A stretch of 64,000 nucleotides of DNA, from positions 2,360,151-2,424,150 of the forward strand of contig BCKQ01000002.1 in assembly GCA_001600695.1 (NCBI GenBank). The letters run 5' to 3'. The notes beneath the pieces were generated by a model, which saw nothing but the letters and a program-made list of their open reading frames with translations, was not told where the DNA came from and did no database searches. The first letter of the stretch is position 1, and each line of letters opens with the position of its first letter. This document shows, piece by piece, positions 55,015 to 64,000 of the stretch. Source of the DNA: Ascoidea asiatica JCM 7603. Taxonomy: Eukaryota > Fungi > Ascomycota. The position numbers and the translations under genes were made by a program.

Positions 55015-56739
55015 TTAGGTTGAAGCAGAATCAGCTACTTTCTTTTCAGTCACATTTTCTGTACTTTTTTCAACATCAATATTTAAATCTGAAACTGAAG
55101 GTGGTGCTTCAATTCCTTCAAATATAGCTAAACTATCATCAAATGGTTTCATTCCAAGTTTTTCCAATTCTTCTTTTTCAAATACATTGAAATAATCAAT
55201 ATCATCTTGTTCTCCACATCCTTCAATTGGAAATACTAAACATATTAAATAATATAATATTAATGGACAAACAAATGAAAATATTGTTGAATTTTGAAAA
55301 TAATGAATTAATCCAATTGGTACTGAAATACTTGTATCAACTGTAGCTGCTAATCCTGGCATTCCAGGTACTGTTGCTGCAAAAAAACATAACATTGAAC
55401 GCCAATTAACTCCATAATTAAAATAAAAATTCTTATTTTTATCTGTTGAAAATAAATGTGAAACTCTTACTCTTCTTTTTCTAACTAAATAAAAATCTGA
55501 AATTATTATACCCATAATTGGTGACATTACAACTCCAAATGATGCCATTGTATTATTAAATGCTGATGTTGTATTATAAAAATTCCATGGTTGACATGCT
55601 AATGATATTAATGCTGTTATTATTGCTCCTCTAAAAATATTAATATATTTTGGCATAACTCCAGATAAATCCATACCACCTGCAAATCCATTTGCTAAAA
55701 CATTAAATGTTAATTGTGATGATGCAAATGCTAATCCACAAAAAAATGCTGCACATCTTCTTTTTGAACTATAATTATCTGTTAACCATTGTAAACAAAC
55801 ATCTGTTGGTAACCACATTGCTGTACCATAATTTTCTTGAGTATTTGATGCTGTTACCATACCCATAATTGGTACTAAAGTACCTGATAAACAAATTGAA
55901 AGTACTATACCCCAATGCATTGGTTTGGTTTTTTTAGCAAATCTTGAATAATCACTCATATTTGTACAATTTGGTGAAACTGCTCCATAAAATACTGTTA
56001 TTGCTTGTAACCAAGCCCATCCAATTTCATTTTTTGGTAAACTAACAGATTCATACCACATTGCTCCAGGTCCACCTGTAAGTTTATAACAATTATGTAA
56101 TTCAAATCCAAATACACCAAGCATTGCAATTAATGTTATAAAACATGATCCATTAACTAATGGTCCCATTTTTTCTGGTTTAATAAAAAAGAAAAAATAT
56201 TCAATAATGTTAAATAAAACAAATCCAACAAAATCTCTTGCTGTCATTGCTAAACTATCTGGAAATGTATTTTTCATATTTAAATAATCTGGACTCCATG
56301 ATGATAACATTACAACTATACCTAAAGCACCTAACCAAGATTGTGAAGCAAAATAAACAATTGATAAAACAATTCTAATTATAATACCTAATCCAGATCC
56401 ATAAATTCCAAATATCATTCTTTGACAAACTGTATAACCAATTTTATATTTTGAACCTGGAGTTGAATTTAAACATGTATAAATTACAATTAATATATTA
56501 CCAATTGTTACAGCACCCATAGTATGTTGAATATTTAAACCTAAAGAAAGTAATGAAGAACCAATTGAATATGTGAAAATTGAAACATTTGGAACTGCCC
56601 AATAACCAAAATATGACCAAAATCCCCATAATCTTCTACTTGGAGGCATTGGTTCTAAATCTGGATTTTTAAGAACTGTTAATGTTCTTTTACCATGAGG
56701 AACCTCCATCCATTTAAGTTTTTCAGCCCAAGAACCCAT
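55015..56739 (-). CDS. NCS1 nucleobase-cation symporter, Thi7/Nrt1-like
   Basis: LKNPDLEP..WGFWSYFGYW, IGYTVCQRMIFGIYGS, TNMSDYSRF, NGFAGGMDLSG, QPWNFYN, GVNWR. Confidence 0.9.
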   Translation of the reverse strand: MGSWAEKLKWMEVPHGKRTLTVLKNPDLEPMPPSRRLWGFWSYFGYWAVPNVSIFTYSIGSSLLSLGLNIQHTMGAVTIGNILIVIYTCLNSTPGSKYKIGYTVCQRMIFGIYGSGLGIIIRIVLSIVYFASQSWLGALGIVVMLSSWSPDYLNMKNTFPDSLAMTARDFVGFVLFNIIEYFFFFIKPEKMGPLVNGSCFITLIAMLGVFGFELHNCYKLTGGPGAMWYESVSLPKNEIGWAWLQAITVFYGAVSPNCTNMSDYSRFAKKTKPMHWGIVLSICLSGTLVPIMGMVTASNTQENYGTAMWLPTDVCLQWLTDNYSSKRRCAAFFCGLAFASSQLTFNVLANGFAGGMDLSGVMPKYINIFRGAIITALISLACQPWNFYNTTSAFNNTMASFGVVMSPIMGIIISDFYLVRKRRVRVSHLFSTDKNKNFYFNYGVNWRSMLCFFAATVPGMPGLAATVDTSISVPIGLIHYFQNSTIFSFVCPLILYYLICLVFPIEGCGEQDDIDYFNVFEKEELEKLGMKPFDDSLAIFEGIEAPPSVSDLNIDVEKSTENVTEKKVADSAST

Positions 56740-59441
56740 TTTTATTTTTATTTTTATTCTTATTATACTAGTTTAAATATTTATTTATTTTATAATAACC
56801 AATTTTAAATGGATTGATTATTTAATAAATGTCTTAAGGTTTAAAACAAGTAAAAAAGATTTCAAAATTCAAAAATAAAAGATGATATAAAAAAATGTGA
56901 GTAATGTTTACTTTATTTATATAAATTATAAAAAATATTATTCATATTCATACTGAATCTTAAGTTTAGATAAAAAATTTTTTTTTTTCTTATATACTTT
57001 TGTTTCTTCTATTGAAATCAGTATCTTTTATTTAATACTAGGAGTAATAAATGCATAAGTTTATTTGACATAAAGGTTATTGCTATCTCGAAGTTAAGTT
57101 TGAAAAAAATTTTTTTTAGATAAAATGCCAATTGATTGTTTGTGCGTATTTGAAAAAATAATTTTATTAGTTTAAGTAAATCTTAAAGATTTTAGAAATT
57201 TTGTAAATTTAACAAATTTAGAAATTTAAATAAAAAATATTAGTACTATTTGAACTAATTCTTTTTTTTCTAATTACTTGACATACTCATTACTATGGAG
57301 AATTAAGTAAAAAATTGGAAGGAAATTAATACCACTGTCGTTGAAAATTTTTATCAATTGCAGTTGAGTTTATTAAGATTTGATAAAATGTTAGTAAATT
57401 TAGTATTGCTTAATGATACTTCTACCATCATACTCAAAGAAAAATAGTACAATTTTTATGAAATCCCATGGGAAAAAGACAATTTTTGTTTAAAGGATGA
57501 AAAGATATAAAAGTATTGATTATTTTTATCAAGACTTTAAAAATAAGGAGAGAAAATAAGATTACAATACTAATTAATCTTACAATTCGGTGTATTTTTT
57601 TAAATAAGTTTTAGTAGTTTACTATGTGAAACAAAAGAGAAAAATGCAAAGTGATAGAAATAAATGGCATTATGTTTTTAATAGGTGAAGATAGTGAAAT
57701 AATAGGGTGAGAATCTTATCTCTTATCGTGAAGCATTTACCTGTGTTCAGAATTATGTTTATTTAGATCCTTAGGGGATTCAAACAAAAATTCAAAATAA
57801 TTTCACACTATTTGAGTTTTTAGCTAAAGTTCTTTTTTTATGCATCCACCTAGGTTTAAAGCTCAGTGATTTCAGAAACTTTTTTTCACTAGCGAAACAC
57901 AATTAAGAAAAAAAAGTAATACAATAATGAAGGTTCTTATTTGAGGAATTATATTGATACGAACATGCCGAAAAAAAAGACTGGGATTTCAGGTTCATTT
58001 CGTCTTTTACTTACCTTTTTTGTGATTTTTCTGTGATTTTTCTCCTTTCTTTTTTTGTTTCTTTTTAAAATGAATTCTTTTTGCTAGTGATTTGTTAGTG
58101 CAAAAAACATTGCGTGGGAAAAATGTAAAAAAAAAATGTTTTTTGCGCGGGAAACGAGCAAAATGAACGGATAAATTATTTTGCTGTTTTTTCAACGGGC
58201 TTTAAAAATCCGAAGTTCATTCAAATTATTCGTAATTATTTACAAATAGTTTGCCTTTGAGCTTAAACTGACCTTAAGTTGAGTTTATTTGTTTCAATTT
58301 TGATTCGTATTTTTTTTTTTTTGTTTCTCTCTTGCTTATTTCAAGTCTTCTGACCTTTTTCATTGCACACTGTAATAGAAGAACGCCGTTCTTTAATGAT
58401 AATGGTATTATCCACCTACATTTCCATTCAAACCGGGCTACCACGATGATGACCAAGATCAGAAAAAAAAAAAAATGGAAGAGCTGCTCTTCAGTTTTTA
58501 GGACGCCATCGAATCAACTGAAATTACGAATTGAAATAAAAAAGAGAATGAAATACAAAGGACAAAAAAAAGCGAGCAATAAAAAAGAAACAAAATTTTA
58601 ATGTGTGTATGTCGTCAGCTTTTAAATCAGGCTTCAAGATGCCCGTACAAACGCATTCCAACGTACGACCGTTAACCTTATCTATTACCTGCATGGCGCA
58701 AAACCTTAGCTTAAAATGCACGCATAACACAAACGCAATTGTCAAAAGCTTTTGTTAACGTTACAAAAATAAAACTGAAACTCATTTTTATGACTACAGA
58801 AGAATAAGTAATTATGTTTAGAGATGAAGTGTTTGTTACTGAAAGGTATGCAATGAACGATTGGGAGTATGGAGAATGATGAACTATTATTGAAGACTGT
58901 CAATTGAGTTGTTCTTTAGAAATTTAACTTATCAAAAAGGAGTTTCCTTTCCTTTTCTTTTTTTCTTTTTCCTTTTCTTTTTTTTTCTTTGCTTTTCCAT
59001 TTCTCAAATAGAATTACCAATCATAAAATCAAAAACTTTCTTTTAACCCTCAAAAGTAAGAAGAATTGAATTCATAGAATAAAATGCAATAAAATTATAT
59101 ATAATAGTTTATTTCCAAACTTTAGAATCAATTCCACATATATCAATACAAGTAAATATATCATATTGAAAATAACTTCTGGAAGACAGCTAACTTAAAA
59201 TTTAAAAATACATCCTTCCAGCAACTGCAAAAAATAGAAACAGAAAAAAAAAAACTTAAAACATCTATAAAATAATATAAAAAAAAAGGTCACATATTTA
59301 GAAAATTAAAATATATAACAATCAAATGAGAAAAAAGAACAATAAAAAAACACATTATAATATGTGAGGAATATAAAATATAATAATTAAGAAACAAAGA
59401 ATATTGAAATGGGTCATATCTTCAAAAAATCAATGGTTGAT

Positions 59442-60998
59442 TTATGAATTTCTTTGTTTTGCTTGTTTAATAATCAAGTCCCAATCAGATTTAATAATAA
59501 AATATAATTCAGTAACTGCTAAAAAGAAAACACCTGATCCTAATCCAATCCATAATCCTTTAACATTCATTTCTAATTTAAATCCAAGATATAAAGCCAA
59601 GGGAATTGCAATAATATAATATGCAATTAAATTTAATCTACTTCCAATATGTTGTCTTGCTTGACCTCTTAAACATCCAGCTCCAATAACATTTGGACAA
59701 TCATATAATTGATTAATTGCTAAGATTGATAAGATTCCAATTGCAATTTTTATAACTTTTGAATCATTTGTAAATAAATTTGCAATTTGTTTTCTTAAGA
59801 AAAATAATAATGAAAAATTAAAAATTGATAAAATTATACAAATATAATAAGTTGCTTTAATTGCAATTATTGAATAATTTTTATAACCTGCACCAATTAA
59901 ATTTGCAATTCTTGTACTTGCAGCAACTGATGTACTAAATGGTATTTGAAAACTTAATGTTGCAATAGTTGAACAAATTGATTGTGCTGCTAAAGTTTCT
60001 GTACCAAATCTTGCTGATAATAATGTTAAAACTTCAAATGCAATAAATTCAGATAATAACATTGCTGTACCATTTAAAGCTAAATTCATCATTGGACCCC
60101 AATTTTGAAAACTTTCTTTAAATTTCAAACCTCCCCAACATTTTTTAAAAGCTTGTTTTTCAAAAATTATTGTATAAAGAAATAAAGAAATTGTCATAAT
60201 CCAATAACTTATTGTAGTTGCTAATGGAGCTCCTAAAAATCCAATACCAATATATTTATTCCAAACTAAAACTTGATTTAAAATTATATTAATTGGAGCT
60301 GCAAGAAATAAACAATATTGTCCAGCAACAAATATATTTTGAGCTTGTAAAAATCTTTTACCAGTTTCAAATAATATATAAGCAGGAGTTGAAAATGCCA
60401 TAACTCTTAAATAATTTTGTGCTAATAAAGCTAAATCTAAATCAGTTACAATAAATTTTAAGAAAAAATATGAATTCCACCATAATAAAATTAATGGAAT
60501 ATTTATTACACTAATCATTGCAGCACATCTTTGAAAATATAATCCAACTAAATGAAAATTTCCTGCACCATAAGCTTGTGAACAAAAAGTATCTAAACAT
60601 GTTGACATACCATTAAATATTGAAGAAGTTACATTAAAAGTCATTGTTGCTAAAGAAACAGCTGCTAATTCTTTTGAACCAATATGACCAACAGTAAATA
60701 TTGAAACAACTGTTAAAGAATATTGTAAAAAAAAAGTTACAGTCAAAGGTAATGAAGCTTTTGCAATTATTTTTATTTCATTTAATAAACTAGAATCTTT
60801 CATTATAGAATCATCATTTAAATCATCATTTAAGTCATTATTTGGATCATTATTCGAGTTTTTATTACTGTTTATTAATGATTGTTGAGAAGATGATTCA
60901 GTTGGAGAAGAAGTTAAAGCTTCAATCTCATTAATAGTTGCTAATGAACCGTAAGATTTTATATTCTTATCTATTAAAGTAGTATTTTCCTCGGACAT
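59442..60998 (-). CDS. MATE-family efflux transporter (Erc1/YDR338C-like)
   Basis: VGHIGSKELAAVSLA, LDTFCSQAYGA, LFETGKRFLQAQ, STRIANLIGA, GCLRGQARQHIG. Confidence 0.92.
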   Translation of the reverse strand: MSEENTTLIDKNIKSYGSLATINEIEALTSSPTESSSQQSLINSNKNSNNDPNNDLNDDLNDDSIMKDSSLLNEIKIIAKASLPLTVTFFLQYSLTVVSIFTVGHIGSKELAAVSLATMTFNVTSSIFNGMSTCLDTFCSQAYGAGNFHLVGLYFQRCAAMISVINIPLILLWWNSYFFLKFIVTDLDLALLAQNYLRVMAFSTPAYILFETGKRFLQAQNIFVAGQYCLFLAAPINIILNQVLVWNKYIGIGFLGAPLATTISYWIMTISLFLYTIIFEKQAFKKCWGGLKFKESFQNWGPMMNLALNGTAMLLSEFIAFEVLTLLSARFGTETLAAQSICSTIATLSFQIPFSTSVAASTRIANLIGAGYKNYSIIAIKATYYICIILSIFNFSLLFFLRKQIANLFTNDSKVIKIAIGILSILAINQLYDCPNVIGAGCLRGQARQHIGSRLNLIAYYIIAIPLALYLGFKLEMNVKGLWIGLGSGVFFLAVTELYFIIKSDWDLIIKQAKQRNS

Positions 60999-63461
60999 TC
61001 TAAAAATTAAAATTATTCAAGATTATTATGGGTAATAAGATTATTAAGAATGATAGAAACTAATGAATATAATAGAAAAAATACGTCTCTATTTATCCAT
61101 TTATTTGAATATGAAAGAAGCGAATAAATTTTTTATTTTATTTGATAAAATTTTTTTATTTTATTAATTATTACTTGAAAGCCAAGGGAAAATCAAAAGA
61201 AATGAAAAAGAAATCAATGAGATCAATGAGATCAATCAGATCAATATAAATGGATCTTATAAGTGGAAAATGAATGAAATTAAAATTAAAAAGCTCCCAA
61301 AAAGCATTGAAAAAAAAGTGGTGGAAAAGAAGTGTTCTCGGAAATTAAATCTTCATGAATTAAAAAGTAATAGTCGTTTATTGATGACCCAGGCAGGCAG
61401 ACAGACGACAGGCAGATTATTGTAAAATGACTGAAAATGGCCTTTGCCGACGGAAATAAGCATAATTTCGTCAAATCGACCAAAAAGGGCATTTTATTAT
61501 CGACACAAAACAACTGAAAACAACAGAAGAACTGAAGAACAGGAATAAATTTAATCAAGGTGTTTTTTTGCCTTGGGATTGTTGCAACCATTACAATAAT
61601 TCTATGATGTTTTATTTGATTGCAAGCAATTCCTCAAGAACAATATTTCTTTTTCATTCCTCGGTCAAGAAACAAAAAAAAATAAAGATTCTTATCTGTT
61701 TTCAAAGTCAGCTACTTCCTTTGATAGAGAGATGAATAAAGAAATTGACAACAATTCTTTACTTGAATATATTAGTCTTCCAACCATAATGGTACAAATT
61801 CCAACAAACTACAAAGGATACTCATATAAAATATTTTACTACAACAGTGATTGAAGTCAAAAAAAACTAAATTAGCTCCAGTTCTATTTATCTAATACCT
61901 GAAAATTGCCATGGAAATAATAGAGAAGATAAGACTAATTTTGGTATTGTTGATTCAGATTTGGAGGAGTAAAATGCAGATATAAATCAATAATTAACTA
62001 ATCAGATACAAAAAGGTCTATTTGAAAAAGAACTAAGACCAAGCTAACAAGAAATTAGAGGAATGAGAGGAACTAAAGGAACAAAAAAACAAAAAAGAAA
62101 AGAAACAGCAAATAAAATCAAGACCAGAGCAGAGATGAGTCTGCAGTCTTTGCGCAATTCCCACGGAAATAACGAAGAGCATCTTTCATCTCTTTTTTCC
62201 TCAGGAGTTTCTGGAATCGAAGTGTCTTAAGCTTCCTGCTGCTTTATGGAGGTCTTTACCCTCTAATTTCACCTCAGTCCTACTTTTATATCCCCTTCAA
62301 TTTCCACTTTTTCCACCTTTTTCATAGAAATTTCAATTTTTTTCATTTTTTGCCCTTGAAATTTTTTAAATTCGTCGAGATTTTCGAGTTCCCGCGCAAA
62401 TTCAGCTTGCAGCCGCCACGGTCACCCAACATCCATACTCTGCGGCTGTACTCCACTGTCCCCTACCGGTGATATAATGAATAAATAGAATACATAAATA
62501 TAAAGCACCTTTAATACTGCTTAATAAGTGACTAAATACTAAATAGATACCCAATAAACCACAAATAATCCAACAAACGAGTCAAAAAATACTACAATCG
62601 CAACAATAAATATCAATTGATTCATGTTCTAATTGCCTTTATCCAATAATCTTATAATTCATCAACTCAATTCAACTCAATTCAATTCAATTTAATCCAA
62701 TTCAATAGTTTTCACGCCTTTTTAAATTGTACGATAATTACGTTAACGTATATTTAGATTTATCTAATCTAATCCAGCCAGATAAATTTTGTAATTTCTA
62801 ATGATCTTATAATCCGATCCCAGAATAAATGAAATGATTTGAATGATTGGAATTAATATTTCCCAATTAAGTTCCTCATATTATGCTATAGTTACATAAT
62901 ATGATTTGATTAGATAATTGATTATTTAAATATTATAATACTATAGTTTTGAAATTTTGAAATTTTGACCAATAAAATCCTTTAACGAGTCTCTATCTGA
63001 TTATAATATGATAATAATATGATCTCATTAAGATTCTGAATATATTCTTTAATTTCACCTCAATTCAAAAAAAAATTCCATCGGAATTTTCATTATTCTT
63101 GTCTTGTTTATATTATTCTTAATAAGATAATAGTAATCAGATAGTATTACTTACTTATCAATGATATGATATGATATGATATGAAATGATATTGGGGTTT
63201 TCATTTTGACGATGATTATTTTCTAAAGTGAGTAAATTTCATCCATCTTAAGCATATATTATTCATTTTCATTAAGCAATTCTCCAATTTGTTTTCTTTC
63301 AAATAGGATAATATAAATTAAGCAAAATTCCCTTCAAAAAAAAGTAATCTAATAAGAATAATAATAATAATAATATTAAATATCAATTCAATAATTAATA
63401 ATTAATAATTAACAATTGATAATTATTTAATTTACTATCCTAATAATAATACCTATTCAAA

Positions 63462-64000
63462 ATGCGTTTTTCTTTAGCTATTCTTACATCAATTGTAACT
63501 GCTTTAACAATTCAAGCTGCTGCTGTACCAAAAGCTGATCCTTTACAAATTTCAATTTCTCTTAATGATGAGAAATCAAATGAAATTATTAATAGTGAAG
63601 AAATTTCTCCAATTAATAAATCATTTTTAGATCTTTTATATGGTTCATTATTAGATAAACCTGCAGATATGTCAGTTTCTGCAAATTCAAATAAAAAACA
63701 ACCATTACCTTTACCAAATGAATTACATCCAATGATGATTCAAGATGTTTATAAAGTTCCTGATAAAGATGACTTAAGAGATATTAATGGTACTTCTGTT
63801 TTATATAGAGGTGGTGAATTTGGTGGTATTGATACTTTTGCTCATTTACCTTATGCAAATTGTTATAATCCAGAATTATTTGATGATGAAAAATTTGATA
63901 TAGCTGTAGTTGGTGCACCATTTGATGCCGGTACTTCTTTTAGACCAGGTACAAGATTTGGTCCATCTGGTATTAGATTAGGTTCAAGAAGATTAGCTCC
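63462..64000 (+). CDS. Agmatinase/guanidinobutyrase (ureohydrolase family) with signal peptide; runs off the window end
   Basis: Not in the ORF track; my translation gives [23 protein letters not shown]...[11 protein letters not shown]...[33 protein letters not shown]. Confidence 0.9.
   Translation, partial: MRFSLAILTSIVTALTIQAAAVPKADPLQISISLNDEKSNEIINSEEISPINKSFLDLLYGSLLDKPADMSVSANSNKKQPLPLPNELHPMMIQDVYKVPDKDDLRDINGTSVLYRGGEFGGIDTFAHLPYANCYNPELFDDEKFDIAVVGAPFDAGTSFRPGTRFGPSGIRLGSRRLA

Noticed and set aside
58403-58414. TGGATAATACCA (- strand) resembling the P5 hairpin of a fungal TPP riboswitch, upstream of the THI7-like gene
   Set aside because: Flanking CTTGAT and GCGAAAG and the CTGAGA element are absent; an Infernal RF00059 search would settle it
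56740-59440. Short ORFs or ncRNA in the long intergenic regions (also 61000-63460 and 51100-51400)
   Set aside because: Mostly non-ATG starts, poly-A/T-derived residues, and no RNA family motif recognised
1-64000. Alternative CUG decoding (Ser/Ala clades)
   Set aside because: Cannot be determined by eye; needs a count of in-frame CTG codons at conserved alignment columns

Overview
Extremely AT-rich eukaryotic DNA from a budding yeast (Saccharomycotina). The GTATGT/TACTAAC/TAG intron, intron-containing tRNA-Ile(UAU) and clear orthologues of S. cerevisiae genes support this; an Ascoidea-like genome is a guess from composition and Asn-rich proteins. About 28 protein genes are present. Conserved ones: TAF6, SOM1, MMF1, YOP1, KCH1, AIM11, an MCH-type MFS, an aldo-keto reductase, DFG5, GNT1, an ATR1-type MFS, a PYP1-like HAD phosphatase, spliced FRS1, ATG18, SEC62, SCJ1, a THI7-type NCS1 permease, a MATE pump and a truncated agmatinase-like gene. 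Divergent or orphan genes include a P450-like protein lacking the heme motif, a yapsin-like protein lacking catalytic motifs, F-box, LRR and RBR proteins, and a paralogous orphan pair. The most unusual structure is a ~13.5 kb block (9086-22650) bounded by ~700 bp, ~99% identical inverted repeats. Each repeat is the promoter plus first 15 codons of one of two otherwise highly diverged Rme1-like zinc-finger genes pointing inward. One of these genes carries 44 in-register pentapeptide repeats matching the Rfr beta-helix consensus. A 490 bp solo LTR with a 4 bp target-site duplication sits next to the block, with a truncated second copy 19 kb away. A motif (TTAAGGTTTAGG) is shared between the repeats and two other promoters. 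All calls were made by eye; no database searches were run.
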